DNA of 64,000 bases from Rhizophagus irregularis (Eukaryota). Positions 13,091-26,310 of this stretch are shown one piece after another; position 1 is the first letter of the stretch; each line of letters begins with the position of its first letter. Made by a program: the position numbers and the translations under genes. The DNA is taken from assembly GCF_026210795.1 (NCBI RefSeq), contig NC_089430.1:4526001-4590000 (forward strand), in the 5' to 3' direction. The notes under the pieces were generated by a model that was given only the letters and a program-made list of their open reading frames with translations, had not been told where the DNA came from and searched no databases.

Positions 13091-13848
13091 ACCTTTATAA
13101 CTGTACGTTCCGCCTGTGAAAAACTCTTTCTTCCTTTTAACTCTGAGAAAGGTTACTCATTTTCTTAGCAATCTTTAACGAATAGAAAAATCTAATAGAA
13201 AATCAGAATAAAAAGTAAAAATATGATTACAAATTTTTTATAATAAAAATTATTTAATTCATATCATTATTAATACCTTTAATTGAATTTCTTATAAAAT
13301 AATTTTTTTTTATGATATCTTTATGACGCTACATATATAGGGCCACGAGATCTTAGGTTTTTTTGCGCTGTTCCTTATTATTTTTTTTTTTAAAAAAATG
13401 GAAAGGTTTATGAAGTACTTTACTTTTAAAATGATTATTATCTATTATGGCTATAAAATCTCATATTTTTCCGAACGTTAAATACGTTAAGCACATTTAT
13501 TTATACTAAATTTCTTAATATTATAAAATCAAAAGTATTTTAGACAAATGAAAAGAAATAAAATAATTCATATTTATTTTTAAATTATGTAATATATAAA
13601 ATAAATAAACGACACTCATGGGGTATATTTGCTGGCGGGTAGGGTGCAAATTATTTAAAATAGATTTGATTCATGTAATTTTTCCTTTAAATAAGGAGCA
13701 TCGCTCCCCTTTGAGTATAATAATAAATAAATAAATAAATAAACGTAACATTATAATACTTAAATATATAAAATATATGATAAGATATATTAAGTGCCTT
13801 TAATAAAAGGTTACTATCATAAATAATCTATTAATTTACTATAATTCC

Positions 13849-15404
13849 TTATTCAATCATTTCTTCAGCACTTTTTGTTTCATCTGCAAACGAAAAAGTA
13901 CTATTAAAATAAAAATAAAAACAATACATTTATTTATCATTCATTATACATACCTGCATCACTAATTTTTAAATGAGAAATATTAATTTGCAGGAATTCT
14001 ATTTAATGAAATAAAATATGTTAGTATTTTTATAATTAATTTAGTTATTTACAAAATTATTATTTACCTGAAAATTTTTCACTAATTATATTGTCATTTT
14101 TTTCATAATAATCGTCGGAATTTTTTGGTTCGGGAAGATTATTAAAATTAAGTAATCTACTTGTATAAACAGCTTCAGAATGTGTTTCATATGTTAATCC
14201 TAAATTAGTTGAAGGTATGCTGCTAGTCGATAAACTATGGTTGATTTCTTCTGCTTCTTTAATTTGTTTTTGTAATTCTGTTTCGCTCAAAAGTATCTCT
14301 TTCCCCCATTTATCTAAAATATCAGCAATTTCTTTTGTTGTTGGTCGATTTAATGGATTTGCATCTAAGCACCTTTTAATTAAATGTACAATCAATTGGG
14401 GTACTTTAATATTAAACCTTGGTCTAAGTCCTTGACAAATTTTTATTGATAAATTTATATCATGGCTTGCATCATGATATGGAGGTAATCCAGAAATTAC
14501 TTCATACATAATTATACCAAAACTATAAATATCAGAAGCTTTAGTATAATTTTGTCCTCTTAAAATTTCAGGTGCAATATAAGGTAAAACACCATATATT
14601 TTATTTTTTGCACTTTCTGATTCCTTATAATCTGCAGGTTTACATAACCCAATATCAGTTATAATAACATAACCATCAGATGTTAATATATTGCCAATAT
14701 GTAAATCTCTATGAGTCAGTTCGTTTTTGTGAATTTCCTTAAGTCCAGATGCAATATTAGATAAATGTTCAAGCTTATCCTTCCAATCTAATTCACTGTA
14801 ATTTTTATTTAAGCAATTTCGTAAACTTCCATTTTCTGCATATTCCAAAACCATCATATAATTTTTTGTTTCTGGATCTTGAGTTATTCCCATAAGCTAT
14901 AACAACATATGTTTCATGGCCCATTTTATAGTGTAATTTAATCTAAATATACATTTTTTTTTAAAAGCACATTAGTAAAAATCACATCAAAAAATTTCAT
15001 TAAATAATAAAAATTTATACCTCATTAATAAATTCTAGAGTAACATTTTCTGAATTATTTAAACTTTTCAGTGCTACAAACATATTTGAATCCAATCGTC
15101 TCCAATTTTGATTTTCATTATCCCATCTTTCAATTTGTCCATCAATCCATTTTGCTCTATAAACTTTTCCAAAACCGCCTTTTGCAATATATTCAATATC
15201 ATAAAATTTATTGTAAGGTATCCACTCTAATACTTCAAAATCATCATTTGCTGATAATTGAGTATCTTGAATAAATTTGTCAATATCATTATTACCGCTA
15301 GTCCAATTTTTAAAATTTTGTTGAAACCGTTTTGCATTACATGCCTTACACCAATAGCTTCTCGTATTTACTTCACATTTCTCACAATATCCGTTCCAAC
15401 TCAT
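13849..15404 (-). pseudogene. TKL kinase with a +1 frameshift at the start of exon 2 (pseudogene or sequencing error)
   Basis: GGFGKVY, VALK, HRDLHIGN, DIG, APE and DIYSFG motifs are present. TTATTCCCATAAG at 14884-14896 has one more C than the paralog at ~19110 (TTATTCCATAAG), breaking the AYGITQDP frame. Confidence 0.8.
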
Positions 15405-16355
15405 GGTTTGATAAATTATTCAAAAAAACAATAATAATAGACTTTATAATAACAAGATAACGGAATAAGTCAAAATATAGGAAAGAAAATTATTTAAATA
15501 TGGAAAAGCTTCATTTATGCATCCAGATTTTGGATTCTGAATTCCAGTATTCGTGTAACAAAACAAATGCTGTACTATTACTGCGTCGGAATATCAAAAA
15601 AAGAAAATAATTTATGTTCTAAAATTAAAATGGTATAGTCTAAAGTGGATCATATTACGTAAGTTTAATGAAAAATGAAATTTATTTATAGAATTGTGTA
15701 TAATCTAAAATATTAAATTTTATAAAATTCAATCAACATTTATTAAAGAAACATTTGAAAACTTAGCATATAATGTTCAAAAGCGGTTAAATTATTACAA
15801 AGGGGATACTTTGGCTATTTAACGTCGGTTCAAGAAGTATATATTCAGATATCATGGATGATATATGTAACATGTTGCCCAACTTATTCTTTTGACGAGG
15901 AGATTTTTACCGAAACGGAACGGAAAAAAAAAACAATTGAGAATATAATGAGAATATAATATAATTTATCCTATTATTCATTCTACGCCATGTTCTTAAG
16001 TATTTTTGCACTGTTAAAAATTAAAACCTCATGAAAAGTGCCGTTTTCAAATGAAATTATCTTTAGAATGTACGATGTTCTCTTAAATTAATTTTTAATA
16101 ATGCTTCATTATCAATCATCATCATTCCACGCCATCCTTTGCGTTAATTTATATAAAATAAATATTTTTATTTATACAACATACAATCCGATATATATTG
16201 TTTACTTATATTAATTATACATATACTTACATATCCGATATATAAAAAAAATAAAAAAAAATCGGGTTACGACTTGTTACGTATAACTACTATTTTTTCT
16301 TTTCTTCTGAGTTCGGATTTTTAATATAGTACAATTTCAACTTTTACCGACTTCC

Positions 16356-17730
16356 TCATTTTTTATCATCTAATGAATTAAAAATTTCACCAAGACATTT
16401 ACATTGACTTCTAATTCTAACAAATTCATCAATCAAGGTCATCCTATTATTATTCATGTCATCAATATCCTTTTGAATATATCTTTTACCAAGAATTTTC
16501 CAATTTCTTAATTCTTTATACGCTGATTGTAATTGTTCAAGTATACTCGTATGTTTTTCTATAGAATTTTGTAATTTTGATCTAGTCGAACACGCATTAT
16601 ACATAACTGCTGTCGTCGTTGCTCCTGTCGCATATATTGCTGCTTTTCCGATCCGTTTCTATTTAGAAAAATTTTTTAGGTCATTAAATTTAATTAAGTT
16701 TTTATATAAAAAGAAATTGAACAATAAAATGTAAATAGGTTAGGCCACACAAATTCAATTTTTCGGTTCACGTAACATTGAAATTTAAAATCAACCCGGG
16801 GACCCGGGGTTTATTGTTTATTAGTAAAAAAAGTTTATATATAAAATCGTGACATTTGATTGGTTGACTTTTAAAAGGGAGGAATTTATTTTCGCTCTAG
16901 AAGTTCTCAGCCGCGTGATAAACTTACCCGCCAATAAAATTACGTCCTGATCACATGATAAATTTTTTATATATAAACTTTTTTTTATTGAAATTTGAAA
17001 AAGTGACCCGGCCGGGTGAAGTGAACCGAAAATTCGAATTTGTGTGGCCTTACCTCATATTTTTCGTAATCTTTATTTCCGAAACTTTTTATTATATATA
17101 TATCTATTAAATTGAACGCAGTAAATTTTTTTTTTAAAGAAAAATAATTAATAAATGAAAGATAAAAATGTAAAAAATTGAAAATTAGAATCATAATAAA
17201 TTCTCAAACTTACATTGTAGCGGTATATAATTTACATGATAAACCTTTCTTTGATCTCTAATTTTCATAATTCTTTATTACATTCATTATTAATAATTAT
17301 AACAATTCTCATTAAATCTTCCGCAGCTATAACAAATTGTTCAAGTCGTCTAACTATCAGGAAAAAAAAAATTGCAAAAAATAAATAAACCTTACGTTGA
17401 AGTCTTGCATATTTTTCCTCATCAAACACATACATCGTATAAAATAATCAATAAATCTATAAGAGTTTAATCCATGATAGATAAATAATTCGTAAACTCG
17501 CCGCCAGAGTTGGTATATGCTTCAGCGTATCTAACGTATTTAAATAAAAATCTAGCAAAATTATTATTTGAATAAATCAATCATATTTTAATTGTACAAT
17601 TTAAATCAGTTGGTGCTTTAGAAGAACGTTATATATCAAAGAAAAGGCTTTACTGATACAAAAATTGTTGAAAAGCAGCTGCATCAATATTTTTATTGAT
17701 TTTTCTAAAAGTGATTGTGTCTGCTGACGT
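16356..17730 (-). pseudogene. Truncated paralog (copy 3) of the 1141-3326 gene
   Basis: Last exon is almost identical to copy 1 (82 vs 83 aa ORF). Upstream exons carry deletions and the 5' exons are missing. Confidence 0.85.
16743..17049. mobile_element. PIF/Harbinger (Tourist-like) MITE, 307 bp, TTA TSD
   Basis: TTA|GGCCACACAAATTC...GAATTTGTGTGGCC|TTA; the paralogous site at ~1535-1550 (aaataggtcacctcatat) is empty. Confidence 0.93.
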
Positions 17731-18061
17731 TAATTCAGCTTCATTAAACTAATTTGAAAAAAAAGGATTATTATTTATTACAACTTTATAAAATCTCATT
17801 TTTTTCTATTTTCCGAATGTTAAATACGTCAAGCACACTTACTAATACATTAATATTATAAATCCAATGTAAAATTTAATACAAATCAAAAAAAAAAATA
17901 CAAGAATTCATATTTATTTGTAATATATAAAATAAATAAACGTAACATTATAATCATGCTTAAATATACAAAATATATGATAAGATATGTTAAATACCTG
18001 ACCTATAATAAAAAGTTACTATCATAAATAAGCTACTATTCTACTAATTTACTACAATTTC

Positions 18062-19627
18062 TTATTCTATCATTTCTTCACCACTTTTTGTTTCATCTGC
18101 AATACGAAAAAAATATTTATTTTTATTATATATAATAAAAAAAAAAAAATTAATTATAATTATACATACCTGCATCACTAATTTTCAATTGTGAAATATC
18201 AATTTGTAGAGATTCTATTTGATGAAATAAAATATGTTAGTATTTTTATAATTAATTTAGTTAATTTAGTTATTCGCAAATTATTATTTACCTGAAAATT
18301 TTTCACTAATTATATTATCATTTCGTTCATCGTAATAATCATCAGAATTTTTTGGTTCGGGAAGATTATTAAAATTAAGTAATCTACTTGTATAAACAGC
18401 TTCAGAATGTGTTTCATATGTTAATCCTAAATTAGTTGAAGGTATGCTGCTAGTCGGTAAACTATGATTGATTTCTCTTGCTTCTTCAATTTGTTTTTGT
18501 AATTCTGTTTCACTCAAAAATACCTCATGCCTCCATTTATCTAAAATTTCTTTAATTTCATTTGCTGTTGGTCGATTCAATGGATTTGCATCTAAGCATC
18601 TTTTAATTAAATGTACAATCAATTGGGGTACTTTAATATTAAACCTTGGTCTAAGTCCTTGACAAATTTTTATTGATAAATTTATATCATGGCTTACATC
18701 ATGATATGGAGGTAATCCAGAAATTACTTCATACATAACTATACCAAAACTATAAATATCAGAAGCTTTAGTATAATTTTGTCCTCTTAAAATTTCAGGG
18801 GCGATATAAGGTAAAACACCATATATTTTGTTTTTTGCGCTTTCTGATTCTTTATAATCTGCAGGTTTACATAACCCCATATCAGTTATAATAGCAATAT
18901 CAGATATTAATACATTGCCAATATGTAAATCTCTATGAGTCAGTTCGTTTTTGTGAATTTTCAAAAGTCCAGATGCAATATTAGCTAAATATTGTAGCTT
19001 ATTCTCCCAATTTAATTCGCTGTAACTTTTAATTAAGTAATTCCGTAAACTTCCATTTTCTGCATATTCCAAAACCATAATATAATTTTTTGTTTCTGGA
19101 TCTTGTGTTATTCCATAAGCTATAACAACAAATGTTTCACGGCCAATTTTATTGTGTAATTTAATCTAAATATACATTTTTTAAAGCACATTAGTAAAAA
19201 TTACATCTAAAAATTTCATTAAATAATAAATAATTTATACCTCATTGATAAATTCTAGTTTAACATTTTCTGAATTATTTAAACTTTTCAGTGCTACAAA
19301 CATATTGGGATAACGGCTCCAATTTTGATTTTCATTATCCCATTTAAAAATATATCCATCAATCCATTTTGCTCTATACACTTTTCCAAAACCGCCTTTT
19401 GCAATATATTGAATATCATAAAATTTATTGTAAGGTATCCACTCTAATACTTCAGAACGTTTAGTTGCTGATGATTGAGTGTCTTGAATAAATTTGTCAA
19501 TATCATTATTATTACCACTAGTCCAATTTTCAAAATTTTGTTGAAACCGTTTTGCATTACATGCTTTACACCAATTAGATCCAGTATTTTCTTGATTACA
19601 TTCCTCACAAATTCCGAACAGACTCAT
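18062..19627 (-). CDS. TKL protein kinase with N-terminal Cys-rich module, apparently intact
   Basis: ORFs 19235..19627 and 18284..19078 plus two small 3' exons; CxxC..WCxxC, GGFGKVY, VALK, HRDLHIGN, DMG and APE motifs; introns in phase. Confidence 0.92.
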
Positions 19628-20389
19628 GGTTTGATAAATTATTCAAAAAAAAAATAATAATAGACTTTATAATAACAAGATAGCGGAATAAGTCAAAATA
19701 TCGGAAAGAAAATTATTTAAATATGGAAAAGCTTCATTTTATGCATCCAGATTTCGGATTCTGAATTCCAATATTCGTGTAACAAAACAAATGCTGTACG
19801 ATTACTGCGTCGGAATATCAAAAAAGAAAATAATCTTCGTTCTAAAATTAAAATGGTATAGTCCGATGTGGATCAGTTATTTATAGGATCGTGTATAATC
19901 TAAAATATTAAATTTTTAAATTTAATCAAATTTTATGAATTAATTACACATATATTAGGGACATTTGTTAAATTATTACAAAAGAACACTTTGGTATTTA
20001 ATGTTCGACTGATGAAGTACATATTCAGATATCATGGATATACGTAACATGTATCGCCAAACAAATTTTTTAACGAGACGAAACGGAACTGAAAAAATAA
20101 TGATAAATGATAACTGAATATAGTATAATTATCTTATATGATCATATTGATTTCATGCCATGCTCGACTCTTACGTATTTGCACGGCTGTTAAAAATCAT
20201 AACTTTGTGAAAAATTCCGTTTTTAATGAAATTATCTTTAGAATGTACGATGTTCTCTTAAAATTAATTTTTAATAACGCTTCATTGTCAATAATCATTC
20301 CCACACCATCCTTTTCGTTAATTTATATAAAATAAATATTTATTATTTATACAACACGATATATATTGTTTACTTATGATATTAATTAT

Positions 20390-20920
20390 CCCTTAAAACT
20401 GTAGGGGTTAAAATTAATTTTAAAAATTTTTGAATTTTTAAAATATCTTAAGATCTAGTGATCATAGAAAGATGAAATTATATTTGTTAGATTCCTCTTA
20501 TTAAGGCGTATTTAATGGTAATAAAATCATAACTCTAAAATTGATAGATAAAAAGTTATATTAATTTATAAATTTTTAGATTTTATAAGTTATCCTGTCA
20601 CATAATATTTGTAGAAGGACAATTTTATTTCTATCAGATTCTTCTCATTAAGACGCATCAAATGGTGGTAATTTTATATTTCTAGGGTTAATGGATAAAA
20701 AGATATTTCAATTTGAAAAATTTAGCTACTATTTGTTATAATTTGTTGATCATTTATTTACTTTTAAAAAATCATTAATCAAATTGAATTTTTTTTCGAT
20801 TTTTACTTAGAAAATACTATAGAATTTATTACAAAAATATTGGTTTATGTAATAAAATATTTTAAGATATTTAAAAGTGTCTTTAATTAAAAAACAAAAT
20901 TGCAGGCAAATAAATCAGTA
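20390..20920. mobile_element. ~530-bp insertion of unassigned type
   Basis: Absent from the paralogous intergenic sites at ~1005-1016 and ~16215-16228. It has an internal degenerate direct repeat (gattc.tct.attaag.cg.at..aatggt) and short subterminal inverted repeats; no clear TSD. Confidence 0.6.
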
Positions 20921-22789
20921 TTACATATCAGATATATAAAATGAAACAATAAAAAAAAAAAATCGTGTTACGATTGTTACGTACGACTACTATTTTTTCT
21001 TTTCCTCTGGGTTCGTATTTTTTAATATATAATTTCAACTTTATGAATACTCTTCGCTCGGCTTCCTCATTTTTTATCATCATCCAATAATGAATTAAAA
21101 ATTTCACCAAGACATTTACATTGACTTTTAATTCTAACAAATTCATCGGTCAAGGTTATCTTATTATTATTCATGCCATCAACATCCTTTTGAATATATC
21201 TTTTACCGAGGATTTTCCAATTTTTTAATTCTTTATACGCTGATTGTAATTGTTCAAGTATACTCGTATGTTTTTTGTGTCGCATATAATGCTGCTTTTC
21301 TGATCTATTTCTATTTAGAAAAAGAATAATTTTAGGTCGTTAAATTTTTATATAAAATATTGAAGTGAAAAAAGTAGGGTTAGGTTAAAATTACCTCATA
21401 TTTTTTATAATCTTTATTTCCGAAATTCTTTCTATTATAAACGCAGTAATTCCGATTGTACTATGAAATTGAACGCATTAAATTTTTTTTTTTAAAAAAA
21501 AATAATAGATAAATTGTAAAAAATTGTATCATAATAAAAATTTTCAAAAAGTTACATATAATTTACATGATAAATCCTTCTTTTGATTTTCCAATTTTTC
21601 TAATTTTTTATTACATACATTCATTATTAATGATTTAATGATAATAACAAGTCTCATTAAATCTTCCACAGCCTTAACAAAATGTTCAAGTCGTCCTATA
21701 AAAAAAAAAAAATAATTTTTAAAAATGAATAAAATTTACGTTGAAGTCTCTCATGTTTTACCTCATCAATTACATCGTATAAAATAATCAATAAATCCAT
21801 AAGTGTTTTATTCATGATTGATAAATAATTCGTAAAAACTTTAAAGATTCTATTAAATTCTTCATCAGAATCTATTAATACTTGACATGATTGATGAATT
21901 GAATAAAATGCGTTACATAATTTCGAGTAACAACGGTTTCCCCCTTTTAATTAGGTAAAAATTATAATCTCGAATTTAAAGGAATTTTACAAAAAAATGA
22001 GGCCTCCTTTCGTATTCATAAATCCCATTATATGGTGAAATAACTTTCAGTCTGTAATCTAGCGAAATTATTAACTATCGTATTTGAATTCAACATAAAA
22101 CTATGCTAAATAACGCACACGGTAGTACTATCACTATTATCAAAAACGAAACCATTTTGCATTTAACTGAAATTTTATCCGATTAATCGCAAATAGTAAC
22201 AGTAGCCATACTAGGCGTAACCCGTCACGTTGCGCCGGAAGAGAGTGATAATAACACACATAGCCATGCAGTGTGAATAGGTCTAGTTTTTTACTATTAT
22301 TATGATGGTATTAATAGGAAATAAATGTAATAAATTACACAATTCACATGCTCATACAAATAACAATAAATTGTGCGTAAGTGTCATACAGTATATGTTA
22401 TATTATTATTAAATACAAATTTTATTTATCACACGAAACAAATGTTGAAATTTATGATTTATTTATACATTTACAAATTCATTGTAAAATTAATTTGTAT
22501 AAGTATTTTATTGTTACATAGTTACAAAAAAAATCTTTTTTTTTTATCTTAAAAAAATTCCAAAAAAAATTACATCTTCTGTTGAAAAAATATATATATA
22601 TTGTTAAAGAAATTCATTATAGCAATCTATTGTTATAGAAAAAAAAATATCTTACTATCATATAAATTAATATGAAAAAAAATTCCCCAGAAAAATTAAT
22701 TATAACGATCTATTGTTACAATAAACTAGAGTAACTTGGTAATTATTAGTGAGTTATAATCATTATACTGTCAGATTGACTCGAAAATT

Positions 22790-24770
22790 TTGGGTCGGGT
22801 CATCAAACGTTTTTATAATTAAATATAAAAAAAATTGATTTTTTTATTAAAAACGTCAGACTTGACGTTTTTATGATTAAAAAATCATTTTTTACGTTAG
22901 ATTTGATTAAAAATCAAAAAAATTGATTTTTTTGGTTAAAAACGTAAGACTTGGCGTTTTTATAATTAAAAAATCAAAAAAATGATTTTATTAATTAAAA
23001 ATGTCAGACTCAACGTTTTTGTAATTAAAAAATCAAAAAAATGTTTTTTTTTAGTTAAAAACGTCAGACATGACATTTTTGTGATTAAAAATAAAAAAAA
23101 ATGATTTTTTTAGTTAAAAAATGTCAGACTTGACGTTTTTGTAATTAAAAAATCAAAAAAATGACTTTTTTAGTTGAAAAACGTCAGGCTTGACGTTTTT
23201 GTAATTAAAAAATCAAAAAAATGACTTTTTTAGTTGAAAAACGTCAGGCTTGACGTTTTTGTAATTAAAAAATCAAAAAAATGACTTTTTTAGTTGAAAA
23301 ACGTCAGGCTTGACGTTTTTGTAATTAAAAAATCAAAAAAATGACTTTTTTAGTTAAAAAACGTCAGGCTTGACGTTTTTGTAATTAAAAAATCAAAAAA
23401 ATGACTTTTTTAGTTAAAAAACGTCAGGCTTGACGTTTTTGTAATTAAAAAATCAAAAAAATGACTTTTAGTTAAAAAATGTCAGGCTTGACGTTATTGT
23501 AATTAAAAAATCAAAAAAAATGACTTTTTCAGTTAAAAAACGTCAGACTTGACGTTTTTGTAATTAAAAAGTCAAAAAAAATGACTTTTTCAGTTAAAAA
23601 ACGTCAGACTTGACATTTTTGCAATTAAAAAATCAAAAAAAAAATGACTTTTTTAGTTAAAAAACGTCAGACATGACATTTTTGTGATTAAAAATAAAAA
23701 AAATGATTTTTTTTAATTAAAAACGTCAGATTTGACGTTTTTGTAATTAAAAAATCAAAAAAATGACTTTTTTAGTTAAAAAACGTCAGACTTGACGTTT
23801 TTTAATTAAAAAATAAAAAAAAAATGATTTTTTTAGTTAAAAACGTCAGACATGACATTTTTGTGATTAAAAATAAAAAAAATGATTTTTTAATTAAAAA
23901 CGTCAGATTTGACATTTTTATGATTCAAAAAATTATTTTTTACGTTAGATTTGACAATTTTGTAATTAAAAATCAAAAAAAATGATTTTTTTAGTTAAAA
24001 ACGTCAGACTTGACGTTTTTGTAATTAAAAAATCAAAAAAAAATGATTTTTTAATTAAAAATGTCAGACTCGACGTTTTTGTAATTAAAAAATCAAAAAA
24101 TGATTGTTTTAATTAAAAACGTCAGACTTGACGTTTTTGTGATTAAAAATCAAAAAAAATATTGGTTTTTTTTAATTAAAAATGTCAGACTTGATGTTTT
24201 TGTGATTAAAAATCAAAAAAAATATTGATTTTTTAATTAAAAACGTCAGACTTGGCATTTTGTAATTAAAAATCAAAAAAATATTGTTTTTTTTAATTAA
24301 AAATGTCAGACTTGACGTTTTTGTAATTAAAAAATCAAAAAAAAATGATTTTTTTGATTAAAAATGTCAGACTTGATGTTTTTGTAATTAAAAAATCAAA
24401 AAAAATGATTTTTTTGATTAAAAACGTTAGACTTGACATTATTGTAATTAAAAAATCAAAAAAAAAATGATTTTTTTGATTAAAAACGTCAGACTTGACA
24501 TTTTTGTTATTAAAAAATCAAAAAAATGATTTTTTTAATTAAAAAACGTCAGACTTGACATTTTTGTGATTAAAAAATAAAAATCAAAAAAATATTGGTT
24601 TTTTTTTAATTAAAAACGTCAGACTTGACGTTTTTGTTATTAAAAAATCAAAAAAAAAATGATTTTTTTAATTAAAAACGTCAGACTTTGACATTTTTGT
24701 GATTAAAAATCAAAAAAATATTGGTTTTTTTAATTAAAAACGTCAGTCTTGACATTTTTTGTTAAAAAAA
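22790..24770. repeat. ~60-bp tandem satellite (~33 units) inside the Helitron
   Basis: Unit AAAAACGTCAG(A/G)CTTGACGTTTTTGTAATTAAAAAATCAAAAAAATGA(C/T)TTTTTTAGTT; lines 23161-23340 are identical 60-mers. Confidence 0.97.
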
Positions 24771-25077
24771 TAAAAAATGAAGAAAAAACGTTTTTGCGTT
24801 ATTTTTTTTATAATTTTATATGGAAAAATGCCAAAACGTTTTTTTCTTAATAGTAATGCAAAAAAAAAGTTTTTGGCATTTTTTTTAATAATATTATATG
24901 AAAAAACGCTGAAACATTTTTTTTACAATTTTTTTATTTTTTTGCAATATTTTATGAAATTTTAATGATCAACAAAAAAATGAAATTATGCAAATATTGA
25001 ATGATGCAACAATTTAACAGGGACTTTTAGTGGCACAGGAAGAGTTTTTGCGAAAAGTTGGCATTAGAAGTTTTTTT

Positions 25078-25159
25078 CATTGACATTGACATTGACATTG
25101 ACATTGACATTGACATTGACATTGACATTGTCACTGACATTGACATTGTCATTGACATT
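25078..25159. repeat. (CATTGA)n hexamer microsatellite inside the Helitron
   Basis: About 13 units are directly visible. Confidence 0.95.
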
Positions 25160-26310
25160 TTTAATAAAGTTATATAAGATTAATCTGAGAGTTTTTTACC
25201 AAAAAGGAAATTTTTTTATAAAAAGGGAAATGATTTTCAATTTCGAGGCAATTCAGCAGGTGTTTTAATAACAAATTGAGAAATGATTTTCATAGAAAAT
25301 CTCGTGACAAAATTTATAATAAATTTAAAATAAATGATCAACAAAAATGATCAACAAAATCGTTACTAGTTTTATAAAAAACGCCCAATAATATCTTTTT
25401 ATTGTTTTAATAAATAAGTAAATTATGTGTCTATTATTGAGCCTAAAAAATAATAACATTATTAGGCGATTTCCGTGGCATCGCAGCATCGATCCGATCA
25501 CCGATTTAAACCTAAATGGTGAAAGAATGTATTTGGGGAAAAAAATTTGGTTTGAAAGAAAAATCAAACCGAAAAAGGAAAAGGAGAGAAAAATTTTCGG
25601 ATTGGATAAAAAAGCCAACCGGAAAAAACCAAAAACAAAAAAATAAAAATAAAAAAATTCAAAAAAATAAAAAATAAAAAAATTCAAAAAAAAAAATAAA
25701 AACGAAAAAAAAAATTTGGAAGGACGAAGAGAAAAAAAATGAAAAAAAAATTTGGGAGAAAGAAAAAGGATAAAGAAAGAAATCGGTTTAACGAAAAGAA
25801 ATAAGTACCGAAAAAAAAGAACGGTCCAAAAACACTAAAAAAATTTATAATATGGTCTAAAAAAAAAAAGACCGAAAAAAAATAATATAAAAAAAAAATG
25901 GTCTTAAAAGACCAAAACAATAGGATTATTTAATAAAAAAAAAATATAATAATTTTTCGGTTTTGGAAAAAAAACCAAATCTAAACGGGGAAAGAATGAA
26001 AAAAAAAGAAAAATTTCGGTTTGGAAAAAAAAACTAAACCGGAAAAAAAAGAAAATTTTTTAAAAAAAGGAAAAGAAAAAGGGTTTCGAAAGAGAAAAGA
26101 GGAAATTTGAAAGAAAAGAAAGAACCGAAAGTAAAAGATCTGTTCAAGAAAAAAAGAGAAAATTAAAAAAGAGGAACCGAAAAAATTCAGATCGTTTGAA
26201 AAAAAAGGAAAAAAAAATATTTTTTAAAAAAAAATTTCAATCTAAACGTTACGGTTACACGTATTTTTTAGTTATATAGATTCCATCTTAGAATAATTGG
26301 AATGTATTAT

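Larger units (their letters stand above)
22211..26280 (-). mobile_element. Non-autonomous Helitron, 4070 bp
   Basis: On the minus strand it starts A|TCTATATAACTAAAA and ends with the hairpin CCGGCGCAACGTGACGGG followed by TTACGCCTAG|T. It is inserted between A and T with no TSD, host-gene sequence resumes on both sides, and there is no Rep/Hel ORF. Confidence 0.9.

Noticed and set aside
14217..19657. Plus-strand ORFs overlapping the kinases (also 59..274)
   Set aside because: Antisense shadows of kinase exons, conserved only because the kinases are duplicated.
22790..24770. CRISPR-like appearance of palindromic repeats
   Set aside because: Units are contiguous with no unique spacers, there are no cas genes, and the context is eukaryotic; it is a satellite.
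24777..25920. Lys- or Phe-rich ORFs
   Set aside because: Low-complexity A/T-run sequence inside the Helitron; no Rep or helicase motifs.
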